Notes: generated by a model from the sequence alone, not told the origin. DNA of 64,000 nt from Piromyces finnis finn (GCA_002104945.1 MCFH01000060.1:259602-323601); one strand, 5' to 3'; counted from the stretch's first letter, positions 27,643 through 40,610 are shown. Numbers and translations are program-made.

Positions 27643-28363
27643 AGTTAAAATAGCATAATATATATATAAATCATTTTTTTTTAATAATGAATCATTCTTG
27701 ATAAATCTATTTTATATTTTTATTCATAAATAATAATAATTTATACTATTTAAAGGAATATCTATATATTACTAAATATAAATAATGTTACAATAAAGTA
27801 TATCATAGAGTTTTATGATTATATTTAATACTATTATTTTTTATTCTTTATTTTATTTTTTTTTTCTCTCTATAATTTAATAAATTATTTAAAATTAATA
27901 AAAAAAAAAAATAAAATTGTTTAATTTTATTGAAATTTCACATCCGAAGAGTTTTGACTAATTTTATGCTATAAATTAAATATATATATATGTGTTTATA
28001 TAATATTTTGGTTTAAATTTTTAAAAAAAGTGGATCATCCATAAAATATATTTATAAAAATTTGAATATTTAAATTTTATTATTTTAATTGGCAATGAAG
28101 AATTATTATCGTCATATTTATTATTAATATTTTAAATATATTATAATATATTATATTTTAAATGCTTTCTTTTTTTTTTTTTTAACAAATATACAAAAAT
28201 AAAAAATCATTTATTATTAATAAATAAAAGAAAAATTAATATTAAATATTTTAATTTATTTTTAATTCTAAAAAGAATTTATGTATTTTGTATTAATAAT
28301 AGAAATTTTATAAAATTTCTATTTTTCAATTATAAAAATTTCCAAAAAAAAAAAATAAGAGGT

Positions 28364-30174
28364 TTAATAATACAAAATTGTTTGTTGGTTGTTTGGAGTT
28401 GTATTATAAATTGGAATGTTTTGATTTTCATTGTAATATTGGTTAGATTCAATGGATAATAAATTAATTTCATTACTTGGATAGGAAGAAAAAGTATTCA
28501 TTGAAGTTTCATTACTTGGAATTGTTGGAGTAAAGACATCATCATTACTTGAAACTATTGGAGTGAACATAGTTTCATTACTTGGAATTGTTGGTGTTAT
28601 GATTATTTCATCATTTGGGGTCAATGGTGATAAAGATGAATAGGAAGATGATGGAGAAAGTGAAGGTTCGGAAATTATTGGAGATAAAGAAAAAATGTTA
28701 TTATTGTTGCCGCTACTGTTAATTAATAAAAATTGATCATTATTTTCATATTGATCATCAATTTTATATTGATTAATTTCAATATTTTCATTAATATTTT
28801 TACAAATATTATCATTCGATGGAATGATTACTAATTGAGATGAAATTTCAGGAATATAAGATGAATCTTTTGGTGATATTAAATAAGTAGTTCTAGTTAA
28901 ATAAGTAGTTCTAGTTTCATTATTATTGTATTTATTGCAGTTATTGTAGTTATTGCAGTTATTGTAGTTATTGCAGTTATTGCAATTATTGTTTTCATTT
29001 TGAATTTCATTTTGATTATGATGATCATATGAATTTGAATTTTTTCTTTTAATATTTATTGGTTTTAATTGGCTTTGTTTTGACTTTTTTGAATGTTCTT
29101 TAATGGTCATTTCAATTTTATTCATGATTGATTCTTCATAATGACATATATGAGAATATTTCTTGTCTTTACAAAGTTCATTCCAAATTCTAGAAACCAA
29201 AGTACTTGTAATCAAATCGACATTGTTATTCACCCTCTTAAGAATCATTCCCCATAAAAGTTTTATTTGTTGAGTAGTTTTAGCATATTTATTTAAAGAT
29301 CTGCATAAACGTTCATAATCTTGAATTATTTTGAAATTTCATATTAGTATTTATTCATTTTATTTAAATATTTATATTTATATATATTTATATTTATATA
29401 TATATTTAATAATAAAATAATGTTTATTTAATATACATATAATATACATACTTGGTTGAATTTTAAATTCTTCAAGTTGATCAATAAGTTTTGCACAAAG
29501 TAAATAACGATAGGCTTGAGTTATATAAATTATAATATAATAAATAAAATATAATAAAATATAATAAAATATAATATTATTAATTATATAAAATATTTAA
29601 TAATTTATATATACTTTATACCATTTTATATTTTATATTTTTTATTTTTACTTACTTTGAAATATTCCATTTTGATTTTACATAATCATCAAGATTATAA
29701 CCTTGATTTAGATATTCTTTTGAATTTAAAGATTGATGGATTTCGTTAATATATCTTTTAAATTCTTCTTGCTTTAAAAGATATGCATTAAGTGGACTAA
29801 AATTTTTGAATTTCGATTATTATTCATTAATATAAAGAATATATTGATAGAATAAAAATGATAAAAATAATAATAATGATAAAAATAATAAAAATTATAT
29901 TATATATAGATATATATAGATAGAATAAAAAAATAATATAATTATGTTAGAAATAATATAATTAAATAAATAAACATTTATTTATAAATATTTATAATAT
30001 TATTAGATCTACTATAATTGATAATTGATAATTGAAATGTGATGAATAATGAATAAATAATCGTAGATGATAAATATTAAATGTTGAATGATATTAAATG
30101 TTGAATGATGAATAATGAATAATGGATGATAATACTTATAATACTTACTTTTCTAAAGAGCAAAGATCATTCAT
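28364..30174 (-). pseudogene. HTH-like repeat-family gene, copy A (exons 30149-30174, 29656-29796, 29452-29522, 28364-29319); exon-3 acceptor mutated AG>AT
   Basis: Near-identical to copies B, C and D. Minus-strand TTTATAT|AACTC replaces TTTATAG|AACTC (position 29523). The reading frame is otherwise open. Confidence 0.7.
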
Positions 30175-31508
30175 TTTTGTCAAAGATAAAATGTTGGAAT
30201 TTTAAATATTATTAAAATTGAATTATATTGTTCTTTGAAGACAATGAAAACACAATGAGAACAATGTAAAATTAAAAATGATATTGTTTTCTTTCTTTTT
30301 TTTTAATTTAAATTTAGTAGGACAAAATTAAAGAAATTGAAAAATAAATTAAAGCTATTGTTTTAAAAATAAAATGAGAAAAAAAAGAGAACAATGGCTT
30401 TGTATTTATATTCTCTCCTATGCAACTTTAAGAATTATAAAAATCAAAAATTTAATATATCAAAACATTATAAAAAAGAGTTTAATAATAAAATAAAAAA
30501 AATAAAAACAAAGTTTTAAGAATAAATTAAAACAACATTTCAATTTATTTAAATTCACCTATTGGCTATTTGAAATTAAATCAAAGAAAACTTTTCATTT
30601 ATTTTATATTATTTTATATTATTTAATATTTTATTTTATTGAAGAAAAAAAAGATATTTTTTATTATTTCTAAATAAAAAGTAGTCAATAAAAAATTAAT
30701 AACAAAAATTAATATAAAATTAATATATAATTTAATATAAATATATTAAATAAATAAACATTAATAAGAAGTAATCTCCGATTGCAAACAAGTATTAAAA
30801 ACAAAATAACTATTTATATGCAAATATTTTATAAATATTTTATTTTTTAAGAAGATTTTTCAATTTCATTCTTATACTTCTATATCAAAATATTAATATA
30901 ATATATATTGGTCTATTGATAAAATTAATGATCATCATCATCATATATTGAATAAGAATATGAAAAATAAACAATAAATTATGATTAAATTAAAAAAAAG
31001 TATATGTATTTTAAATTTGATAGAGTTTTATAATAAGTTTTGTGTTGAAGAATGTTGTTTTATTAATTTCAATATTTTTTATCTACCATAAAAATGAAAA
31101 TATTTATATAAATCACCTTTTATAATTTATGAAATTACTATAATAATATTTTTTTAATACTATTAAAGCTATATTTTATTTACGCAAGTGAATATTATTC
31201 AATAATTAATTATTCACTAATATGACTTTATGATTATTAATGCATTTTCACCGTTATTTAATTGTAAGTTACATTGTTTATGTAAAATACTAAAGATATA
31301 TTAATTTACATAATAATGCTTTTATATCAAAAAATTATAAAAAATCAAACATATAATTACAAGTAATATAATTAATTTAATAAATAAAAATAATTCCATA
31401 AAATTAAAAAAATTATATGAAAAAAATAATTGGAAAATAATGAAAAATATAAAACAAAGAATACTATTAAATGTAATTCACAAAGTAAATTGAAAGGTAT
31501 GGAGGACA

Positions 31509-31597
31509 TAGAATATGATATATGGAATTATGAATAAATAAATTGTATTACTATATTTCATAATTTATTTATACATAATTCCATATATCATATTCTA
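31509..31597. repeat. Near-perfect 36-bp inverted repeat (hairpin, 17-nt loop)
   Basis: 31509-31544 (TAGAATATGATATATGGAATTATGAATAAATAAATT) is the reverse complement of 31562-31597 with one mismatch. Confidence 0.85.
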
Positions 31598-31975
31598 ATA
31601 CAAAAACATGCAATAGTTTAAAAGAGTAATTTATAGAAATATATTATATGTTTTTTTTTTCTTAAAAAACATAATATAATTATAAAAAAAGTATTATCTT
31701 ATTCTTAAAATAATAATTATTATTACTATAAACTAAGTTATTATTATTGAATAATATCTTTTCTTTTTATCTTTATTATTATAAAAAAATTATATAATTA
31801 AATTAAATAAGATAAAATTAAAATATTTTTTCAAATATATTTAAAACTTATTTTTATTGTATTAGTATTAAAAATGAAATAATTCGATTTAGGATTAATT
31901 TTTATTAAATACAATTAAAAAAATTATAAAATAAAAAAGATAATATATATAAAAAGTATAAAACAAAAATTAAAA

Positions 31976-32057
31976 CGTCACCTGCAGGACTCGAACCTGC
32001 GCTCCCAAAGGGAAATGGCTTAGCAGGCCACCGCGTTAACCACTCCGCCAAAGTGAC
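31976..32057 (-). tRNA. tRNA-Ser(GCT), intronless, long variable arm
   Basis: GTCACTT/AGGTGAC acceptor, TGGCGGAGTGG A-box, GTGGC-CTGCTAA-GCCAT anticodon arm, TTCCC-TTT-GGGAG variable arm and GGTTCGAGTCC B-box. Confidence 0.95.
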
Positions 32058-33340
32058 TTCAAATTTCATATTAAATGATACGTTGTTACTATAAAAATAA
32101 GAAATAATAATAAATTATAGGTGAAATGTGAAGATATTAACTGGATTTAAAACAAATTCAGATAATATCTATAATTAATTAAACATAATAATTATAATTA
32201 AATAATTTCAATAATTATTTTAAAACACTTTTAAAAGTCACCTTTTAAATTTTGATTCAGTGAAAGGGTTATGATTTCAAAAATTTAATATCAATACACT
32301 ATAACCCTTAACCAAAAATAAGCAAGTACGAAATAAGGTGTAACTCGCCAAAAACGATCGCTACGGCTGTAAGTGCTACGGTGATGAAACTAGGTTTATT
32401 GGAAAGCTTAGGAAGAAAGCTACAATTTGGTACAATCGCGGTCCTTCTAACTGATCATTTAAGGAAGTTATGATCATTTAAAGATTTTATTAGGTAAATT
32501 AAAATCAATATGATATCAAGTATGGATCATAAATATTTCTTATGACTTGATGAAATTAAAAATATATCAATAGGAATTTTAGTTATATTAATTTAATTAA
32601 TGATAACGATTGTTACTAAAAATAGAACTAGACCCATTTAGGTGTAACAGTTAATACCTATAAATTAAATAATCTTAATTATTATAAAATAGGTTAACGG
32701 CAAGTTTTATTAGAAATAATTTTGAAAATAATAATTATTTAATTATAACAAATATGTTATGGTAATATCAATTAATAATGATGAATTATTAATTGAATAG
32801 TTTTTATAATTACTAATTAGGATCAACTGTTTAAATGATTAATCATATGTTTATTTTATTTTATGTCATGACAAACAAACAAACAAACAAACAAACAAAC
32901 AATCTTATTACTTATTTAATTATATTACTAATATATTACATGTAATACTTTATTCTTATTAATATCAATTTAATAATCTGAACAAAGAATATAAAAGAGA
33001 ATGAATTGAATTCGATTTTAATTCTTTGTAAAGATTATAGTTATAATCTTAATTATATAGTTACTTATAATATCATTTATATTATTATTATTAAATAAAT
33101 AAAAAATTTATAAAAAGTTATTTTAAAGTAAATATAAATTTTTCATTTTTCATTTGAGTTTAAGGTGTTATTTTATAATTAAATTTAATTTCTTAAAAAA
33201 CATTTTTACTATATAATTAATAACATTCTGACCTGGCCGCATAACCAAACCCAAAAACTTAACATGAAAATAGGTTAAATTATAATAATAATTTAATTCT
33301 TACATTTAAGTAATGTAATTAAATATGTACAAGAATTTAT

Positions 33341-34425
33341 TCAATGTAATATAATTAATAATAGTATTATAGCGGAGCTTTTGTTTACTTTTATTTTTTC
33401 TAACTTATTTAGGTTTCTATTAGAGGTTTTATCATCCTCAAATAAGTTAGATATTTTATTGATAAATTCATTATAAGATAGGGATCTATCTTCATAATAA
33501 ATATCACTACAAAGATCCTTTGAGTTACCGGTAGTAGCAAGCAAAGCAATTCTCTTCTTTTCTTTTTCAGAAAGAGCTAAGTCTTCTAAGATATCTTCAA
33601 GTTCCATTTTCCATCTGAAGAACTTAGTATCTTTCTTGCCAAGAGGGCTTATTTCTTTAGCCATACTAGCGGCTCTTTCAAAATTGTTTTTATTTTCAGT
33701 CATATTTAGTAAATAAATAAGATAATTATACTAAATATACTAATTAATAGGAATTATTTAAATTTTCGGCTTTCCCACGGGACGACTGAGGTTCTCCACC
33801 ACTTGATAACGGATTGGTAGTTATATTACAACTTTTTAACTACTTCTTCTGTTATCTTATATTGTTTTATCTCGACAGCTATTGTACGAGCTTTAACAAT
33901 ATCTACTAGTTTTATTAATTTATTTTAAGTTATTTTATAATTTTAATAGTTTTATTATTTTAATAATATTTATATAGAATAATAACACCAGATTTATTCT
34001 ATAAAATATTATTTATTATTAACACAATAATTACAAATTAGACAAGTTTAATTTCGTTTTTATATTTTCTTTTATTTATTGTTCTTACGCTCTTTTTAAC
34101 AATAATTTTTATTATATAAAAACTTATTTTTTGTCTTTTAAATATTATTATGTATTCACTAATTAATTATATTAACTATTATTAAAATTTAACTTATTAT
34201 TAGTAATCTAAGTCTTCTTATTTTCTACTAAAAAATATTATTATTCTTTATATTAAAAATTATTTTTATAATTTAACCCAATCAAATATATAAATTTATA
34301 AAATATTTGATTTTATGTAAATTATATTTTTATAATAAACTATATAAAATTATTTAATAATTATTTTATAATAAAAATTTCTACTAATATCAAATGTATA
34401 ATATATTTATAATTATTATTTATCA
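33341..34425 (-). mobile_element. Truncated LTR-retrotransposon relic: putative 5' LTR (33804-34425), tRNA-Ala PBS (about 33786-33801), gag remnant (33341-33703)
   Basis: LTR termini TGATAA...TTATCA. On the minus strand TTATCA-AG-TGGTGGAGAAC follows, complementary to a tRNA 3' end GUUCUCCACCA. A gag-like ORF (FFRWKMELEDIL..IALLATTG..SYNEFINKISNLF) decays after about 110 aa. The LTR edge at 34425 coincides with the start of homology to 58583. Confidence 0.6.
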
Positions 34426-35403
34426 TAAATTTCCGTGAATTTTTACTAGAAAGTGATATAAACTAAAATATTGAATATAATCTAACCTATGTTATCATTA
34501 CATTCATCAGCACTTTCAACTTAATTATCCTTTTTTTGTTTACAAAAGTATATAAATTCATAAAATTATTAATATTAAATTTTTATATTTAATTATTTTT
34601 CTTGAAGATTATAAATTAGTTAGTTAATAAACTAATTAGTTAATGATCAATAACATTGTACAAATTTTACATATCAATATATTTTATTAATATATTGATT
34701 TAGATCTAGATATTTTCAAAAAAAAAAATAAAATATTTACAAAATATTTAAAATATTTGCATATAAATAGTTATTTTGTTTTTAATACTTGTTTGCAATC
34801 GGAGATTACTTCTTATTAATGTTTATTTATTTAATATATTTATATTAAATTATATATTAATTTTATATTAAATTTTGTTATTAATTTTTTTATTGGCTTT
34901 TTATTTAGAAATAATAAAAAATATCTTTTTTTTCTTCAATAAAATAAAATATTAAATAATATAAAATAATATAAAATAAATGAAATGTTTTCTTTGATTT
35001 AATTTCAAATAGCCAATAGGTGAATTTAAATAAATTGAAATGTTGTTTTAATTTATTCTTAAAACTTTGTTTTTATTTTTTTTATTTTATTATTAAACTC
35101 TTTTTTATAATGTTTTGATATATTAAATTTTTGATTTTTATAATTCTTAAAGTTGCATAGGAGAGAATATAAATACAAAGCCATTGTTCTCTTTTTTTTC
35201 TCATTTTATTTTTAAAACAATAGCTTTAATTTATTTTTCAATTTCTTTAATTTTGTCCTACTAAATTTAAATTAAAAAAAAAGAAAGAAAACAATATCAT
35301 TTTTAATTTTACATTGTTCTCATTGTGTTTTCATTGTCTTCAAAGAACAATATAATTCAATTTTAATAATATTTAAAATTCCAACATTTTATCTTTGACA
35401 AAA

Positions 35404-37135
35404 ATGAATGATCTTTGCTCTTTAGAAAAGTAAGTATTATAAGTATTATCATCCATTATTCATTATTCATCACATTTCAATTATCAATTATATTTAATAC
35501 TTTAGTAGATCTAATAATATTATAAATATTTATAAATAAATGTTTATTTATTTAATTATATTATTTCTAACATAATTATATTATTATTTTTATTCTATCT
35601 ATATATATCTATATATAATATAATTTTTATTATTTTTATTATTTTTATCATTATTATTATTTTTATCATTTTTATTCTATCTATATATTCTTTATATTAA
35701 TGAATAATAATCGAAATTCAAAATTTTTAGTCCACTTAATGCATATCTTTTAAAGCAAGAAGAATTTAAAAGATACATTAACGATATCCATCAATCTTTA
35801 AATTCAAAAGAATATCTTAATCAAGGTTATAATCTTGATGATTATGTAAAATCAAAATGGAATATTTCAAAGTAAGTAAAAATAAAAAATATAAAATATA
35901 AAATGGTATAAAGTATATATAAATTATTAAATATTTTAAATAATTAATAATATTATATTTTATTATATTTTATTTATTATATTATAATTTATAGAACTCA
36001 AGCCTATCGTTATTTACTTTGTGCAAAAATTATTGATCAACTTGAAGAATTTAAAATTCAACCAAGTATGTATATTATATGTATATTAAATAAACATTAT
36101 TTTATTATTAAATATATATATAAATATAAATATATATAAATATAAATATTTAAATAAAATGAATAAATACTAATATGAAATTTCAAAATAATTCAAGATT
36201 ATGAACGTTTATGCAGATCTTTAAATAAATATGCTAAAACTACTCAACAAATAAAACTTTTATGGGGAATGATTCTTAAGAGGGTGAATAACAATGTCGA
36301 TTTGATTACAAGTACTTTGGTTTCTAGAATTTGGAATGAACTTTGTAAAGACAAGAAATATTCTCATATATGTCATTATGAAGAATCAATCATGAATAAA
36401 ATTGAAATGACCATTAAAGAACATTCAAAAAAGTCAAAACAAAGCCAATTAAAACCAATAAATATTAAAAGAAAAAATTCAAATTCATATGATCATCATA
36501 ATCAAAATGAAATTCAAAATGAAAACAATAATTGCAATAACTGCAATAACTACAATAACTGCAATAAATACAATAATAATGAAACTAGAACTACTTATTT
36601 AACTAGAACTACTTATTTAATATCACCAAAAGATTCATCTTATATTCATGAAATTTCATCTCAATTAGTAATCATTCCATCGAATGATAATATTTGTAAA
36701 AATATTAATGAAAATATTAAAATTAATCAATATAAAATTGATGATCAATATGAAAATAATGAACAATTTTTATTAATTAACAATAGCGGCAACAATAATA
36801 ACATTTTTTCTTTATCTCCAATAATTTCCGAACCTTCACTTTCTCCATCATCTTCCTATTCATCTTTATCACCATTGACCCCAAATGATGAAATAATCAT
36901 AACACCAACAATTCCAAGTAATGAAACTATGTTCACTCCAATAGTTTCAAGTAATGATGATGTCTTTACTCCAATAATTCCAAGTAATGAAACTTCAATG
37001 AATACTTTTTCTTCCTATCCAAGTAATGAAATTAATTTATTATCCATTGAATCTAACCAATATTACAATGAAAATCAAAACATTCCAATTTATTATACAA
37101 CTCCAAACAATCAACAAACAATTTTGTATTATTAA
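35404..37135 (+). CDS. HTH-like repeat-family gene, copy B, intact, 391 aa (exons 35404-35429, 35731-35871, 35995-36065, 36198-37135)
   Basis: GT-AG exons join in frame to MNDLCSLENPLNAYLLKQEEFKRYINDIHQSLNSKEYLNQGYNLDDYVKSKWNISKTQAYRYLLCAKIIDQLEEFKIQPNYERLCRSL..., followed by an N/S/P-rich low-complexity tail. Confidence 0.8.
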
Positions 37136-38540
37136 ACATCTTATTTTTTTGGAAATTTTTATAATTGAAAAATAGAAATTTTATAAAATTACTATTATTA
37201 ATACAAAAATTCTTATTAGAATTAAAAAAAAATAGAAATGTTTAATATTAATTTACTTTTAATTAATAAAAAGAAATCATTAAGAAAATAATTTATTTAA
37301 ATTGTTCATAATTGTAGTAATAATAAAATGTTTAAATTAATTACAAATTATAAAAAAATGTATAAGTATATATATTACTATTATAAATTACTTATAAATA
37401 TTTAAAAATAAATAAAATTTCATTATTATTATTAGCATTAAAGAAAAAACTTATCATTAATTACAAACAAAAAAAATAAAAAAAAAAATTAGTAATTTTA
37501 CTTTTTTCTTTTTTAACAATAATGAAAAAAAATTGTGGCTTAAATAATTAAATGTAAATCAATTAAAATACATTTAATCAAATTACGTACATTATCAATT
37601 AAATACAATTATGTATGTATGAAAATATAAAAATGCTAAACTATTAATAATAATAACTTGATGTGATTAATAAGTATTTAGTATTTTATAATTATTTATT
37701 ATTTTTTTTCTCTTTTATTAATAATATAATATTTTAAAAATAGCTTTTTTAATATGAATTTAGCAGCAACAATATAAATGACAATTTTTATTGACCATTT
37801 TTTTAATTATATTAATTTATGAAAAAAAATCTATTTTTAGGTTAATTTTCAAATAAGAAATTTTATTGGGAAAAGTAAATATAATTAAAAAAGGAAAATA
37901 GAAAATAATCTTTTTTTTTTTGAATTAATTATATGAAATTTTAATTTTTTATTTTTAAAAATAAATGTTTAATATTCAATAATATTAATAAAAACTTATA
38001 ATTAGAATATTTATATATTTATATAATATATTTATTACAAACTTCTACTAAAAATATAAAGTAATGAATGTTAATTAATTAATAATTAATTAAAATATAA
38101 AAATATTTTTATAAATTATCATTAAAAAAACTATTTCATTAATTTATTTATAAAAATATATCTTAATTAATAACATAAAAAAGTATATATAAAGAGTATT
38201 TTATTTCTTTCCTTTTTTTTTTCTTCGTGCTTTTCAAATATAAAAAAGTATTTTTAAATACTAAAAAAAAAAGAAAATCACCAATTATTGTTAAGAATAA
38301 TTTATCTCATTTTTCAACTTTTTTCTTGATGATGTTTATATACCCTTTATAAATTTCATTATGAAATTTAAAATATAAAAATATACCCCTAAAAACTACC
38401 TTGAAAAAAATTTAAGTAACTGATAAATTATTCAACTATTTTTTTAGTTAATAAAAAAAAATAAGATTTCTCAAATGTGTTATTTAGAGCTTGCTCCCCA
38501 ACAATATTTTTTATATAATTCAGTAAAAATCGGAAAGTGA

Positions 38541-39155
38541 TTTGGTACAAAAACAAGGCGGATTCTCTAGAAGATGAATTGACTAGCGCTTGAACCAAAT
38601 TAAATTCTTTCTCACATAGAAAAAAGATTTTAGGTACAAACTTAAGGCGGATTCAGTATCTTTTTATTGTTTGATACATATAAAAGAATAATGAATTGTC
38701 GTAGCGCTTAAACCCAAAGTCTTAATTAAAAAGAAAAATATGGTATATCAAGAGCGGATCATGTTAAGAAATATTATGATTGACTAGCGCTTGAACCACT
38801 TTTTTTTAATAATAATAACATTATATATAATAATGGTAAATGAAAAAATTAAAGGTACAAACTCAAGAGCGGATTCAAATCAATAAATATTCATTATTTT
38901 TGATAAAAAAATAATTATTATTTAATCAATGAATTGTCGTAGCGCTTGAACCTTTAAAATATAATAAATATATTATATTTATAAAAAAAATATGAGAAAG
39001 TTTAAAAAAAGAGCGAATTAAATGTAATGTTAATTGTCTTAGCGCTTTTTGCTTTTTTATATTTTTTATTACTATGGTACAAACTCAAGAGCGGATCCAT
39101 ATAGTAACAAAAATAAAAATTATTAATTATGGATTGTCGTAGCGCTTGAACCATA
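38541..39155 (+). ncRNA. Array of six structured hairpin modules (putative novel ncRNA or cis-RNA elements)
   Basis: Units at 38544-38596, 38633-38714, 38742-38797, 38854-38952, 38997-39055 and 39076-39152. Each has a left arm GGT(ACAAAC)TCAAG(A)GCGGATTCA and a right arm TGAATTG(T/A)C(G)TAGCGCTTGAACC, with variable loops, compensatory changes and G-U pairs. Strand is inferred from the G-U pairs. Confidence 0.65.
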
Positions 39156-39569
39156 TTGAAAAATAAATTAAATAATAAATAAAATAATAAATAAAAAAAA
39201 GTTAAAAAAAATTTTTTTTTTTTAATGTGTTGAAATTTTATTAATATTTTTTGCTGATTTTGAGATAAGTAGTTTTTTTTTTTTTTTTTTGAGTATTATA
39301 TAAAGTTATTATAATTTGCTAAATATTAAAAATTATTATTTTTAAAACTTGTTTTTGAAACTTGTTTTTGAATAAAAAGATTACTCTTTAAACAAAAGAA
39401 AATTTTAATTTTATATCAAAAAAGAGCTTAATTTATGTTATTAAAATAAAAACAATGAAAATAAAGGAATAATATTTCATTTATATAGAGATATTTTGGT
39501 TTATTATGAAAAAAAATATTAATTTTTTATTGAATAAATATAGAAACTAAAGATTTTATTAAAATTTGT

Positions 39570-40350
39570 TATGAATACCCAGAGTTTACCTATGGTTTCT
39601 ACTGGCTATTAAAAGCAGAAAGTGGATACAAGTTGGATTATAGAACTGCAAAAGCTGCTAAATTTGTTGATCCAACTTGTCCTAACTACTACTGTCCATG
39701 TTGCAAGAGTTGAGATCAAAGTATTAATCATTAGTTATTAGATTGACTAGCTTTTAGAGATATCTGTATTAAACATTAAAACTCCATAGTCCAACAATAA
39801 AATTTTTAGTCAACGTAATTCCAACAATCCTATCAATAATGATGAAAATATTAATATCAGTAGAGATAACAATAATATTAATAGTAATAGTAACAATAGT
39901 AACAGTACAAATAGTAATAATAATAATAGTAGTAGTAGAAGTAATAAAAAGTTTTAACAATATCAATTGCAATTCAAGGGAATAGAAAGAACTTTGCAAG
40001 TGTCAAATTCAATCGGGCATTTACGAAGGAACACCATTCTTGACGGTAACAGCGGAATTTCTAACTAAAATCATGCCTTTTGCTATTAGCCAGCAATGGT
40101 CAATGTTCAAAAGGTTTGAATCAACATCCAAGAGCGTCAATGCTGAAGAAACAGTAAGACAGGCCAAGAGGGCCGCAACCAATGGCGATCATAATTTTGT
40201 TCCATGACAAAATTTTGATCTTTGGCTCGGTGTCCCATTGGAAGTCAAATACAATTATTATACTTTAGTATAATAGTGGCTTTCTTACTTTAATTAAAAT
40301 TACTATAATACATTATACCCAATTTTTATTCATTTGTGTTTATTTAAACA
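39570..40350 (+). mobile_element. 5'-truncated, degenerate non-LTR (LINE-like) retrotransposon 3' end, copy 2
   Basis: EYPEFTYGFYWLLKAESGYKLDYRTAKAAKFVDPTCPNYYCPCCKS*DQSINH*LLD, then an N/S-rich tract, a coding tail (..FLTKIMPFAISQQW..GDHNFVP*) and the same 3' end as 7545-8522. Confidence 0.7.
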
Positions 40351-40512
40351 TATTTTTTTTATTTTTATTTTTATTTTAATTTTTATATTACATGTATTAT
40401 AATTTTAATTAAATTAATAATAAAGTTTAAAAAGATTTGATGCAGTTAAAAAAAATGGATAAATATATAAATTTAAACAAAAATAATAATAGAATACTTT
40501 TTGTTTTATACA

Positions 40513-40610
<98 letters not shown>

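Noticed and set aside
35731-35760. HMG-box (MATA_HMG) call for the four-copy gene, based on PLNAY
   Set aside because: The downstream HMG helices and the conserved W..L....K..Y pattern are absent; the following residues fit a different, HTH-like pattern.
38544-38797. H/ACA snoRNA, Y/sbRNA or miRNA-cluster identity for the hairpins
   Set aside because: No consistent ACA box or bipartite pocket. UUGACUAG resembles the Y-RNA 3' stem in only two units and the GGCUGGUCCG 5' partner is missing. 6-nt bulges and changes inside the would-be mature arm argue against miRNA. None of these is fully excluded without Infernal and RNA data.
38541-39155. CRISPR array or integron attC array
   Set aside because: Two different alternating half-repeats pair with each other, spacer lengths vary widely, there are no cas or integrase genes, attC RYYYAAC/GTTRRRY boxes are not met, and the host is eukaryotic.
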